A DNA stretch of 32,000 nt, from assembly GCF_000025505.1 (NCBI RefSeq), contig NC_013849.1, positions 120,001-152,000 on the forward strand. Reading direction: 5' to 3'. The position numbers and the translations under genes are program-made. The notes under the pieces were generated by a model. It had not been told where the DNA came from and searched no databases. It was given only the letters and a program-made list of their open reading frames with translations. Shown here piece after piece: positions 8,429 through 16,969 of the stretch (position 1 is the stretch's first letter; every line of letters starts with the position of its first letter). This stretch comes from Ferroglobus placidus DSM 10642 (GTDB taxonomy: Archaea; Halobacteriota; Archaeoglobi; Archaeoglobales; Archaeoglobaceae).

Positions 8429-9090
8429 TGAGAGTTGTGCTTGTTGAATCCTCCCTCGAACTAATTCCGGAAAAAATCCAGAACCATCCGGCTGTAATTT
8501 CAGATTCGAGGAGGAGAAAAAAGAAGCCGAAGGAAATGATCTTAGACGACTCAAAGCATCACGCGGCAATGAAAAACTTGCCGAAGAGAGAAAAGAGAGG
8601 TCGTCCGGACATAGTACACAGCTGCCTCCTTTCTTTAATCGATTCCGCCGTAGAAAACCTCGAAATATACATTCATACGATAAACAACGAAGTAATCAGG
8701 GTTAACAGGGAGACGAGGATTCCGAGGAACTACAACAGATTCATAGGTCTTTTCGAGCAGCTTTACAAGGAGAAGAGAATTGAGGCGAATGGCAAAGTGC
8801 TGCTGGAGATCGTAGATGAAAGTCTTGAGAATATTCTGAGAGGAGAAGTCATCGTGATGAGGGAGGGGGAGAGCTTGGATAATTTTAAAAAAGCGTTGAA
8901 TTCGGAAGAAATTACCGTTTGCATCGGCGCTTTTCCTCACGGTGACTTCGAAAAAGAAACTTACGAGGTTTTCGGAAAAGTTGATGCGAAGTTCGCAGGT
9001 TTTGGAGAAGTTTCAAGGACGAGCCTTTACGTTGTCAATAGAGTTCTCGCTCTTTACGAGATCTCGAAAGGAATAATCGATTTTTGCTGA
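8428..9090 (+). CDS. nep1: Nep1/Emg1 SPOUT-family 16S rRNA pseudouridine methyltransferase
   Basis: 'MRVVLVESSLELIPEKI...', 'ILDDSKHHAAMK', 'KRGRPDIVHSCLLSLIDSAVEN', 'YIHTINNEVIRVNRETRIPRNYNRFIGLFEQL'. The track ORF starts at 8332; M33 (ATG 8428, overlapping the previous stop) is the likely start. Confidence 0.9.
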   Translation: MRVVLVESSLELIPEKIQNHPAVISDSRRRKKKPKEMILDDSKHHAAMKNLPKREKRGRPDIVHSCLLSLIDSAVENLEIYIHTINNEVIRVNRETRIPRNYNRFIGLFEQLYKEKRIEANGKVLLEIVDESLENILRGEVIVMREGESLDNFKKALNSEEITVCIGAFPHGDFEKETYEVFGKVDAKFAGFGEVSRTSLYVVNRVLALYEISKGIIDFC

Positions 9091-9107
9091 GTAATCAGAA
9101 AAAAGAA

Positions 9108-9115
9108 TTTATACT
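9108..9115 (+). promoter_or_regulatory. TATA-like box (TTTATACT) for the cupin gene
   Basis: AT-rich TATA-like element ~20-28 nt before ATG 9136 with no SD-like sequence between; suggests leaderless or near-leaderless transcription. Confidence 0.4.
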
Positions 9116-9135
9116 ATTTTACACGATTTAATATT

Positions 9136-9462
9136 ATGATATACAAACTCATTAAAAGCTCGGAAGGGTCTCGCAGAGAGGTTGACGGGATAATGTATAC
9201 GACGAAAATCGAGACGGATATGATGCATGTCATCATGGCTGAACTTGAGCCTGGAGCGGAAACTGACGAATACGTTCACGAAGGGGAGGAATTCAGGATA
9301 GTTCTCGAAGGAGAAATCGAGTGCGAAGTTGAGGGGAGGATCTTCAGGCTTAAGGAAGGGGATGCGATCTGGCACCTTTCCGATAAGAAACACAGGATGA
9401 GAAACGTAGGAAGAGGAAAAGCGAGGTATCTGACTGTAAGAGCCTTCGCTAAGGTTAAATAG
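9136..9462 (+). CDS. Small cupin-domain protein
   Basis: 'MAELEPGAETDEYVHEGEEFRIVLEGEIECEVEGRIFRLKEGDAIWHLSDKKHRMRNVGRGKARYLTV' matches cupin beta-barrel motif order. Confidence 0.87.
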   Translation: MIYKLIKSSEGSRREVDGIMYTTKIETDMMHVIMAELEPGAETDEYVHEGEEFRIVLEGEIECEVEGRIFRLKEGDAIWHLSDKKHRMRNVGRGKARYLTVRAFAKVK

Positions 9463-9485
9463 CAGTAACGAAGAGACTGCTGCGA

Positions 9486-10055
9486 ATGAAGAAAATAATC
9501 TACTGCGATACGTGTAAAGAGGAGACGGAGCACGTTCTCATTCGGGAGGATAAGAACTTGTACCAGTGCGAAGTTTGTAACAGCGTCGTTGAATACGTTC
9601 CAGAAAAAGAGATAGAGATAAGAGCGGTAATAAGCAAAGGAGGGGAATCGGAGGTAGGGAAGCTAAAAGCTAAAGAAGGAGAACTGCTGGAGAAGGGAGA
9701 GGAAGTCGTGATAGAAGTTGAGGACGGTTTTAGAGTGGGAGAAATTACCTCCCTCGAACTCGAAAACGGAAAGAGGAGCGAAGTTGCGAGAGCCGAAAAA
9801 GTTAAAACCATATGGCTTAGGGATGTTGGAGAGGTTTTCGTAAAGTTTTCGCTGCACAAAGGACCGGTCACGACTCCTTACATAATAAACTCTCCCGGAG
9901 AGACAGAATTCATGGTGGGAGAAGTTCTCAACATCGAAAAGGGGAGGTACAAGATAACGAGGATGAAACTTCTCGATGGGAGGTTGCTGAAAAAACCCGG
10001 GCAAAGAGCTAAAGCTAAGGAAATTAAGAGGATATATGCCATATACCTCGGATAA
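9486..10055 (+). CDS. Archaeal Zn-ribbon protein (HVO_0476-like / COG1326-like)
   Basis: N-terminal 'YCDTCKEETEHVLIREDKNLYQCEVCNSV' zinc ribbon followed by a conserved-looking beta-rich domain. Confidence 0.65.
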   Translation: MKKIIYCDTCKEETEHVLIREDKNLYQCEVCNSVVEYVPEKEIEIRAVISKGGESEVGKLKAKEGELLEKGEEVVIEVEDGFRVGEITSLELENGKRSEVARAEKVKTIWLRDVGEVFVKFSLHKGPVTTPYIINSPGETEFMVGEVLNIEKGRYKITRMKLLDGRLLKKPGQRAKAKEIKRIYAIYLG

Positions 10056-10995
10056 GCCCATAAGGCTCAGGGATTTCGTCAGAGTTGGCAATCTCTACTT
10101 CTCCGTTGTTGGATACAAAAATGCGGAGAGCGTAAAATCTCTTTTGAGGTACGCTCCCGATGAAAGTGGAGATAGGGAAAAGAACGGAGTGAAGTACAAA
10201 AAGTTGAGCTACGAAGAGGCGATAGACGTCGGAAAGAGGTGGTTCAGTGAAAGCGAGGGAATTTTTAGGGTTCCGAGAGAAGAGATAGACGAAGTTTTCA
10301 AGCCGGAGGAGAGGCTTGAGGAAGTTATGGACAGCGAGGTGAAAAAGGTCGTCGAATTTTTCGAGAGCATTCCGAAGGAAGAGATGGGAGTCACCGGAAG
10401 CAGGCTTATAGGATTGAAAAAGGAAGGCGAGAGCGATGTCGATTTTGTCGTCTACGGAAAATATTGGTTTATCGCAAGAGAAAAAATCAGAAGAGGTATC
10501 GAATCGGGAAAGCTCGACGAACCTGACGAGGAAACGTGGGAAAGAATTTACAGGAAGAGAAACCCTCCTCTAACCTACGAAGCGTTTTTAGCTCACGAGA
10601 GAAGAAAGTTTCATAGAGCCTTTATAGGATCTACTTACTTCGATTTACTTTACGTTAGAGGATACGACGAACTTGAAAAGGGTTTTCCGGAGAAAATCGG
10701 GAGAAAAGTTTCGTTTAAAAAGATAAGAGCTAAGGTGATTGAAGACGAATTCGCTTTCGATTATCCGTCGGTTTACTTCGTCGAGCACGAGGAAATCGAA
10801 GCTGTGGTTAGCTTTACCCACACCTTCGCCGGGCAAGCGTTTAAAGGAGAGATTTTAGAGGCTGCCGGGTGGGTTGAGGAGATAGACGGAAAAAATTACT
10901 TAATAGCTGGCTCTAAGAGAGAGGTTAAAGACGAATACGTCGTTTCGCTTACGTTAATGGAAAAAGAAAGAATTAAGGACTTTCTGATCTCTTAA
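10036..10995 (+). CDS. Predicted nucleotidyltransferase-like protein
   Basis: 'GVTGSRLIGLKKEGESDVDFVVYGK' resembles the GS...(x)DxD nucleotidyltransferase core. Confidence 0.6.
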   Translation: MPYTSDKPIRLRDFVRVGNLYFSVVGYKNAESVKSLLRYAPDESGDREKNGVKYKKLSYEEAIDVGKRWFSESEGIFRVPREEIDEVFKPEERLEEVMDSEVKKVVEFFESIPKEEMGVTGSRLIGLKKEGESDVDFVVYGKYWFIAREKIRRGIESGKLDEPDEETWERIYRKRNPPLTYEAFLAHERRKFHRAFIGSTYFDLLYVRGYDELEKGFPEKIGRKVSFKKIRAKVIEDEFAFDYPSVYFVEHEEIEAVVSFTHTFAGQAFKGEILEAAGWVEEIDGKNYLIAGSKREVKDEYVVSLTLMEKERIKDFLIS

Positions 10996-12205
10996 CGAGG
11001 TATATCGTGGCTGCAACTCTGAAGATCGAGAGGAGCGTGAGAAAGATCAGCAGCTCTTTGAGGAATCCGAAGAGGCAGAATATCATCGTCGCAAAAATTC
11101 TTTCGTCCCTCTTCCCGGGAATTTTGTTGAGAATCTTTATTTCTTCGAAGGGGCTTCTTTTGAATTCCGCTTTGTATTTTTCGGTAGAGTAGCTCACCAT
11201 CGTTGTGGTGAATGCAGCAAGCATCCCCCAGAAAAATTCTCTAGAGACCGTAGCTATGGCTAAGATGAAGAGGAAGTCGACCACTCTATCGAAAATCGAA
11301 TCAATGTACCCTCCAAACTCGCTCTGCTTCATGGAAGCCCTCGCTATTTCTCCATCGATTCCGTCGAGTATCGAGCTTATCTGGTATACTACTCCTCCAA
11401 TAAGGGGATCGAAAAAAGCTATCAATGCCGAAAGAACGCCGACGAAAAAGGAGAGAATCGTCGCGGTCATAGGCTCTATTCTGTTCACGAGCTTGGAGCT
11501 AACCCAAGTGGAAACTTTCCTGTTGAAATGCCTCGAAACGAATCCGTCGCCGGTTTTCTTAACACTCTCCTTAACTATAAGCTTGTTAGCCACCTTCAGT
11601 TCCTCTTCCGTATCAACGTCCATCCAAAAAAGACCGTCCAGATAGCTTACGGGTATTCGGGAAGATTTCATAACTTCACATAAAGAGAGTTCTTCGGAGG
11701 TAGAATCTGTTAGAGATACGTCCTTCTTGCTCAAAATAAAAAATCCCGTGTCGACTCCGTCGAATTCCGTTAGATTTTTCCCGCAATCTACGAGATTCCC
11801 GTTCTCCACCTTTACCTTCGTGGCTTCTTTTACATCAACGTACTTCGGATTTCTGTCGACAACAAGTCCTTTCAACTTTACAGCCTTTTCAACGAACTCC
11901 TTGGAGTAAACGTGATCAGCCATTGTCAAAATGAATTCTCCATCAACGTGATTCAGAGCGAGAAGAAAAGAATATCCGTTGCCTTTTTCTGGATATTCGT
12001 TTCTGATAATCTTTTTTCTTACATCAAGCTTTTTCACGAAATCCTCTACCTCTTTCATGTGAACGACGAAAATGAACTCGTCAACGTAGCTTTTAAGCAG
12101 GTTGACAGTCCTTTTTATCATTTCGACTCCGCCAACTTTCAAAATTGGTTTTGGCTTTCCTTTCATTCTCGTAGCTTTACCGGCAGCCAGTACTATTGCC
12201 TTCAT
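10973..12205 (-). CDS. Bifunctional CTP:inositol-1-phosphate cytidylyltransferase / di-myo-inositol-phosphate-phosphate synthase (IPCT-DIPPS)
   Basis: N-terminal 'MKAIVLAAGKATRMKGKPKPILKVGG' nucleotidyltransferase; C-terminal CDP-alcohol phosphotransferase motif DGIDGEIARASMKQSEFGGYIDSIFD plus hydrophobic helices. The track start is 12214; ATG 12205 is preferred. Confidence 0.88.
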   Translation of the reverse strand: MKAIVLAAGKATRMKGKPKPILKVGGVEMIKRTVNLLKSYVDEFIFVVHMKEVEDFVKKLDVRKKIIRNEYPEKGNGYSFLLALNHVDGEFILTMADHVYSKEFVEKAVKLKGLVVDRNPKYVDVKEATKVKVENGNLVDCGKNLTEFDGVDTGFFILSKKDVSLTDSTSEELSLCEVMKSSRIPVSYLDGLFWMDVDTEEELKVANKLIVKESVKKTGDGFVSRHFNRKVSTWVSSKLVNRIEPMTATILSFFVGVLSALIAFFDPLIGGVVYQISSILDGIDGEIARASMKQSEFGGYIDSIFDRVVDFLFILAIATVSREFFWGMLAAFTTTMVSYSTEKYKAEFKRSPFEEIKILNKIPGKRDERIFATMIFCLFGFLKELLIFLTLLSIFRVAATIYLVKRSESP

Positions 12206-12229
12206 AAAAATCACTCAAAACTTTTAAAA

Positions 12230-12303
12230 TGGGGCCGCCGAGACTTGAACTCGGGTCTCCGCCCCCCCAAGACGGAAGGATAACCAGGCTACCCCACGGC
12301 CCC
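12230..12303 (-). tRNA. tRNA-Pro (anticodon GGG)
   Basis: GGGGCCG UG GGGU AGCCUGGUU AUCC UU CCGUC UUGGGGG GGCGG AGAC CCGAG UUCAAGU CUCGG CGGCCCC A folds as a cloverleaf (7-bp acceptor, 5-bp anticodon stem with one U-G, 5-bp T stem). TATA-like TTTTTATAT lies ~29 nt upstream on the minus strand. Confidence 0.93.
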
Positions 12304-12413
12304 CCATGATAAGGCAAGCGAAAGGATATAAAAATTCTCCGCTGAGCGTTAGAGGATCTTCTGCAAAACTCTATCTTTAAAATTGGTTGTGATCGGGAAA
12401 AATTTTTATTACA

Positions 12414-13244
12414 TTGGGGCAAGAGTTCAAAAACGTGAAAATTAACCTAAATAAGCTTAAGGAATTCGTTTTAGCGAGGAAAAATCCAGACGGCGGATTC
12501 GCTTTTTGTAAACCGCTGCAATCCACTTTACCGGAGACATTTTATGCGATATTCATTTTAAAAACGATAGGAGAAAGGATTCCAGAGGAAGGCAAAATCG
12601 TGAAGTTCCTCAAAAGGAGTATCAGAGATGACGCCTATTCGATTTACTGGACGTACAAATCGCTAAGTCTTCTCGAAAAAGAACTGCCGGACAGAAGCGA
12701 CTTTATTCTTGAAAAACTGAAAGAAGCGATAAAAGCTAAAAGATCCGGGGAAATTAGGGCTGGAGGAATTACTGCCACATATTCTTTCGCAATGCCCAAC
12801 GTTCTCAGGGAAGTGTTCATGCTTTCGGAGGCGCTTAGGCTATTGGGGATGGAAGTTCCAAAATTCGTCAGTAGCTTTGTCAAAAACTTCGAAAAAAACG
12901 GTGGTTTTGGATTAAAAAGACCGAATTTAGAAGAGACGTACTACTGCCTATCTGTTCTTGGCTTCGGAAACAAAAGAAATTTGGAGTTCATTCTGAAACA
13001 CGAAAATTCCGAGGGATTCGTCAAGTTTCCGCAAAGTTATCCGCCGTATGTTGAGGATACTTTTTACGCCCTATCTTGCCTCAAAATCTTGGGATACAAG
13101 TACAAAAATCGTAAAATTGTAGATTGGATAGCAATATTGCAAAACGCCGACGGTGGTTTCAGGAGAAGCACTTACGGGGGAATATCTACCCTCGAGAACT
13201 CCTTCTACGCCGTAGCCAGCTTAAAACTCTTGGAAGAGTTATGA
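12414..13244 (+). CDS. Prenyltransferase/squalene-cyclase-like alpha/alpha-toroid repeat protein
   Basis: Repeated 'KNPDGGFAF', 'EKNGGFGLKRPNLEETYYCLSVLGFG', 'YVEDTFYALSCLKILG', 'QNADGGFRRSTYGGISTLENSFYAVASLKLL'. The start is uncertain (TTG 12414 or GTG 12435). Confidence 0.75.
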   Translation: MGQEFKNVKINLNKLKEFVLARKNPDGGFAFCKPLQSTLPETFYAIFILKTIGERIPEEGKIVKFLKRSIRDDAYSIYWTYKSLSLLEKELPDRSDFILEKLKEAIKAKRSGEIRAGGITATYSFAMPNVLREVFMLSEALRLLGMEVPKFVSSFVKNFEKNGGFGLKRPNLEETYYCLSVLGFGNKRNLEFILKHENSEGFVKFPQSYPPYVEDTFYALSCLKILGYKYKNRKIVDWIAILQNADGGFRRSTYGGISTLENSFYAVASLKLLEEL

Positions 13245-13633
13245 CCTCCTACTTTTGCCCTCGCTGCTGGAGTGAATTCAAAGAGGATTTCGAGTTTTGT
13301 CCGGTTTGCGGTTACGACCTAAAAAACTTCGACAAATTGTCGTACGAAGAGAAGCTGATAGTGGCTTTGAAACATCCAGTAAGTGATTATAAAATAAATG
13401 CGATAAGATTGCTCGCTAAATTAAGATCGGAAAAAGCTGTATTCGAATTCGAAAGAATGATCGAAGAAGAGGATACGATAATCGTTCTCGAAATTATTGA
13501 AGCTCTTTCAAAAATACCGACGGAAAAAAGCTTGGAACTTCTGAAAAGGTTGGCGAAAAGTAATTCCAAAGTTATTTCAAAGAGAGCTAAAGAAATTTTG
13601 AAGGCTTTTGATGCTGAGCGAAGTAAAGTTTAA
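13241..13633 (+). CDS. Zn-ribbon plus HEAT-like repeat protein
   Basis: 'MTSYFCPRCWSEFKEDFEFCPVCGYDL' zinc ribbon, then alternating helices 'VSDYKINAIRLLAKLRSEKAVFEFERMIEEEDTIIVLEIIEALSKI'. The track start at 13124 extends into the previous gene. Confidence 0.72.
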   Translation: MTSYFCPRCWSEFKEDFEFCPVCGYDLKNFDKLSYEEKLIVALKHPVSDYKINAIRLLAKLRSEKAVFEFERMIEEEDTIIVLEIIEALSKIPTEKSLELLKRLAKSNSKVISKRAKEILKAFDAERSKV

Positions 13634-13657
13634 ATCACCCTCTTAAGATTTTCTGCC

Positions 13658-14905
13658 ATGAGAAAATTCCTGCCGCTAATGCTCCTCCTGCTCATCGGAG
13701 TTGCTTTAGCAGCGGAGCAAATTACGAGTGAAAACTTTTCCGAGCCAATTATCGAGCCGAAGCTGAAAGATTTCTACCTTCCGGGAGATGAGGTGAGTTT
13801 CAACCTCACAATTCAGCCAAAAACGGACGATGACGCGAAAAAGATAGACGGGAGATATTACGAGTTCAACACCTCCCTCGATAATCCGGAGATTACCGTC
13901 AAAGTCGTTTACGGCGGGACAGGAGCGATAAGGTACTTTAGCGGTAAAGATTACGTTAAAGCTGACGTCAAAGACTGGGAGGATGGAGTGGTGGAAATAA
14001 AAGTCGAAGTTTTTGGAAAAGTTCCGGCGGTTGAGGAGAGGATCGCGGAGATATACGCTCTTTACATAGACATTCAAGATGCCGAGGAAAATGCGGTAGA
14101 GCCGGTTAAGATAAAAGTCGTTAACGTTCAGGCTTTTGAGAGCTTTATAAACGAGCTTAAGAGCAAATTGAATTCTCTTAAAGCTAAGGCTAATGAACTT
14201 GAAGAAAAAGGCGTTTACGTTGTTTCAGCTAAGGAGAAGCTGAAGGATGCTGAAAATTACTTGAGCGACGGTGAAAACTACTTCAAAAATGACGAGTACA
14301 TCCAAGCTAACGAAAGCCTTGCAAAAGCTGAAAGCTACAGCTTGGAAGCGGAAAAACTTCTGATAAAATCTGAACTTGAATTCAAGAAGAGCAGGTTGGA
14401 AGAGAAACTTGGGGATTTCCTGTACAAAATGGACGAAGCCGACGTTATTATAACCAAGCTGAAGGGAGAGGGGGTTTCAACTTTAAACTACGAGATCAGG
14501 CTTGAGGACTTCAAAAGGGCTTATTCGGAATTAAATCAGAAACTTACAGCTGCCGGGGATTACATAGACAAGGAACTTTTCGACGAAGCTGAGAGAGTTC
14601 TGGAGGAGGTCGAAAAAACGCTTAACGAAAAGCTGAGCGAACTTGACGAGATGATTGCAGAAATGCAGGGGCTAATTAAAGAAGAAACACCCACTCCTAC
14701 TCCAACACTAACTCCCGAAAAGAAAGAGAGTCCGTTTAAACCGATCGGCGAAGCTTTCAACAAGCTTTCCTCTTACGTAAGCGAGAACAGAGATACAATC
14801 CTGCTGTACTTAGGAGGAGGTGTAGCGGTGGCTGTAATTGCCGTTGTAGGGTACAAGGGTCTGAAGGGATACATGAGAAGAAGGAGGTTCGACGAGCTAA
14901 AGTGA
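13658..14905 (+). CDS. Secreted/membrane-anchored coiled-coil protein of unknown function
   Basis: N-terminal signal peptide MRKFLPLMLLLLIGVALAAE; long Glu/Lys/Leu coiled-coil; PTPTPTLTP linker; C-terminal transmembrane helix 'ILLYLGGGVAVAVIAVVG' followed by KGLKGYMRRRRFDELK. Confidence 0.85.
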   Translation: MRKFLPLMLLLLIGVALAAEQITSENFSEPIIEPKLKDFYLPGDEVSFNLTIQPKTDDDAKKIDGRYYEFNTSLDNPEITVKVVYGGTGAIRYFSGKDYVKADVKDWEDGVVEIKVEVFGKVPAVEERIAEIYALYIDIQDAEENAVEPVKIKVVNVQAFESFINELKSKLNSLKAKANELEEKGVYVVSAKEKLKDAENYLSDGENYFKNDEYIQANESLAKAESYSLEAEKLLIKSELEFKKSRLEEKLGDFLYKMDEADVIITKLKGEGVSTLNYEIRLEDFKRAYSELNQKLTAAGDYIDKELFDEAERVLEEVEKTLNEKLSELDEMIAEMQGLIKEETPTPTPTLTPEKKESPFKPIGEAFNKLSSYVSENRDTILLYLGGGVAVAVIAVVGYKGLKGYMRRRRFDELK

Positions 14906-15481
14906 CTTCTCGTACATTTTTAGGAGAAACCTGTTTATTTCGTAAATCGGAAAACCGATAAGCTTTGCAAGTTTGCTTAAACTTCTCCCGCATCCGGCGA
15001 ACGGGCTTATTACTCCAGCTCCTTTCAATTCAGCTATTACGGCTCCGGGCTCCTTTCCGTACTTCAGCGAAATCTCTGTTAGAGCTTCGCCTGTGATGAA
15101 GCTGTACTTTCTCCTCTCGAAAACTTCCTCAACTATTTTAACGAAAACCTTCGGGTCTTTTTCGCCGATGAGCGAGAAGTACTTTTCCACAGCTTCTCTC
15201 CAGCCGCAAAATTCGGAAAAGATTATTCTGATAACGTAGGGAATTTCGAGGTCTTCAACAGCTAAAAACCTCGAACCCCACGACAAACTATCTTTCTCAG
15301 ATTTTATCGGGAAAGCAAGCTTTTCCGATTCGAAAAGTATCACAAGCTCCTCATCGAGCTCTTCTTTAGGAATAACTCCTTCTTTCGAGTACTTTATCAG
15401 CAGTTCAACCGCTCTTTCAGCCTCTTTATCTCCACCGAGTAAAGAGATTAATCCATTTTTATTAACGCTCCGTAGGGACAT
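14897..15481 (-). CDS. Hypothetical protein, possible winged-helix-like C-terminus; start uncertain
   Basis: ORF of ~190 aa. The track start (GTG 15511) and the first ATG (15481) both overlap the ferredoxin ORF at 15448-15621 in another frame, so the true start may be ATG 15481 or further downstream. Confidence 0.55.
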   Translation of the reverse strand: MSLRSVNKNGLISLLGGDKEAERAVELLIKYSKEGVIPKEELDEELVILFESEKLAFPIKSEKDSLSWGSRFLAVEDLEIPYVIRIIFSEFCGWREAVEKYFSLIGEKDPKVFVKIVEEVFERRKYSFITGEALTEISLKYGKEPGAVIAELKGAGVISPFAGCGRSLSKLAKLIGFPIYEINRFLLKMYEKSL

Positions 15482-15621
15482 ACCTCCACACATTTGTAAC
15501 ATTTGAGGCACTTACTTTCGTCAATTCTAACAACCTTACCTCCCTCTCTCACGATGGCATCGGTCGGACAAACTTGGCTGCACTTTCCGCATCCCTGACA
15601 GCTCAACACAGCTATACTCAT
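15448..15621 (-). CDS. 57-aa 2[4Fe-4S] ferredoxin, absent from the supplied ORF track
   Basis: Translated by hand: MSIAVLSCQGCGKCSQVCPTDAIVREGGKVVRIDESKCLKCYKCVEVCPYGALIKMD*. It has two CxxCxxCxxxCP motifs, an SD-like GGTGGTG upstream, and an ATGA overlap with the upstream HTH gene. Confidence 0.9.
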   Translation of the reverse strand: MSIAVLSCQGCGKCSQVCPTDAIVREGGKVVRIDESKCLKCYKCVEVCPYGALIKMD

Positions 15622-15989
15622 CTCGCACCACCGTATTTTCTTTCGAACTCCTCTATAGCTTCCACCATTTTCCTATTCCATGCCGAAAGCAACTTTCTCA
15701 TCTCTTCGGCAACCTCTCTTGCTGGAAGCGCTTTGTAAACGTAGAAGTATCCTCCTCCTTCAATTATCTTCTTCTCCCTGATGACTATTCCAGCGAGCAT
15801 TAGCTTTTGAAGAGACCTGTAAACGGAGTTTTCCGCTTTTTTCAGAACTCTGCTTATCTCGTCGATTTTCATTTCTCCCGAAGAGAGCAGAAGGAAATAA
15901 AGAGAGACGTCGCTCTGATTCAATCCGAAAAAGCATTCGAGGATGTTATCACAGTTCAGTCTCGATATAGCCTCCTTAATCGACTTCAA
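15618..15989 (-). CDS. Small HTH (TrmB/ArsR-like) transcriptional regulator
   Basis: 'LNQSDVSLYFLLLSSGEMKIDEISRVLKKAENSVYRSLQKLMLAGIVIREKKIIEGGGYFYVYKALP' is a winged helix; similar to the protein at 20809..21195. Probable TTG start preceded by GGAGGAGG. Confidence 0.75.
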   Translation of the reverse strand: MKSIKEAISRLNCDNILECFFGLNQSDVSLYFLLLSSGEMKIDEISRVLKKAENSVYRSLQKLMLAGIVIREKKIIEGGGYFYVYKALPAREVAEEMRKLLSAWNRKMVEAIEEFERKYGGAR

Positions 15990-16650
15990 ACCTCCTCCCC
16001 CCTGCGATCACGATAACTCTATTTGCGAACTTTTTAGCGACCTTTCCAGCTTTTACAACCTCCTCAAAGCTTGGAGGGGATAAGTACTCTACTTTTTTGT
16101 CCCATTCGGGCTTGGAAAGGTACTGATAGACGAGAATTTCATCGACTCTACCAACTCTGCTCATAACTCTTTCAAGCGTTTCGGCGTCGAGGTAATTTTC
16201 TATCATCCTCGCCCAGATTCTTATCTTTTTCCCGCTCTTCCTGACAGCTTCGAGTGTTTTGAAGAAATTTTCGATGTACTTTTTAGCTCTCTCTTCGCTC
16301 AATCCGATGAGGGTCGATAGCTTCTTTAAATCGTCGAAGTCCCCTTTTATCTCCAGAACTACCATGTCCACGAAATTCAAAACCTCCTCTACGGCTTTGG
16401 GATTAAATCCGGACGTTTTGAGAGTTACCTTAACTCCCTTTTCCGCAAGCTTTTCAACGAGGTCTTTTAAGTCTCTGTGTATCGTCGGTTCAGCTCCACC
16501 TATGTAAACAGCTTCGCAGCCGTTAAGTTTGCTTGCGATTTCATCAACGCTCAACTCATGCGATTCCATTTCCAAGTGAGTGCAGTAGGGACAGCGAAGG
16601 TTGCAGTAAGCTGCTTCGACCCTGCAATTTTCGACTTTAATTACCCTCAT
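15976..16650 (-). CDS. Radical SAM domain protein
   Basis: 'AAYCNLRCPYCTHLE' (CxxxCxxC), 'AVYIGGAEPTIHRDLKDLVEKLAEKGVKVTLKTSGF'. Confidence 0.85.
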   Translation of the reverse strand: MRVIKVENCRVEAAYCNLRCPYCTHLEMESHELSVDEIASKLNGCEAVYIGGAEPTIHRDLKDLVEKLAEKGVKVTLKTSGFNPKAVEEVLNFVDMVVLEIKGDFDDLKKLSTLIGLSEERAKKYIENFFKTLEAVRKSGKKIRIWARMIENYLDAETLERVMSRVGRVDEILVYQYLSKPEWDKKVEYLSPPSFEEVVKAGKVAKKFANRVIVIAGGRRFEVD

Positions 16651-16969
16651 TTTTCACTTTTTCCAGCGCTTTTTCTATTTCTCTCCTAACTACACTCTCC
16701 GGCATGGCTCCGACGAAGCTGTTCACTATCTCTCCTTTGTAGAACATCAGCACCGTCGGTATGCTGAATATTCCGTACTGCATAGCTATTTCCGGATTTT
16801 CATCCGTGTTCAGCTTGGCAAACTCCACATCCTTGAATTCCTTTTCCAGCTTTTCGAGTACCGGAGCGAGCATGTGGCACGGCATGCACCACTCTGCCCA
16901 GAAGTCGACGACGACGAGCTTATCCTTGTTTATTTCGTCGTAGAAGTTCTCCTTATTCAGCACCTTCAA
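16637..16969 (-). CDS. Thioredoxin
   Basis: '[26 protein letters not shown]...[30 protein letters not shown]', thioredoxin fold with a CMPC active site and cis-Pro. TTG start preceded by GGGGGTGAT. Confidence 0.92.
   Translation of the reverse strand: [110 protein letters not shown]

Noticed and set aside
11007-12283. Plus-strand ORFs (11007..11192, 11205..11645, 11727..11909, 11912..12283)
   Set aside because: Antisense to the strongly supported IPCT-DIPPS gene, and the last one runs through the tRNA-Pro complement.
13124-13240. N-terminal extension of the Zn-ribbon/HEAT-like ORF
   Set aside because: It lies in another frame of the toroid gene; the Zn ribbon begins right at ATG 13241.
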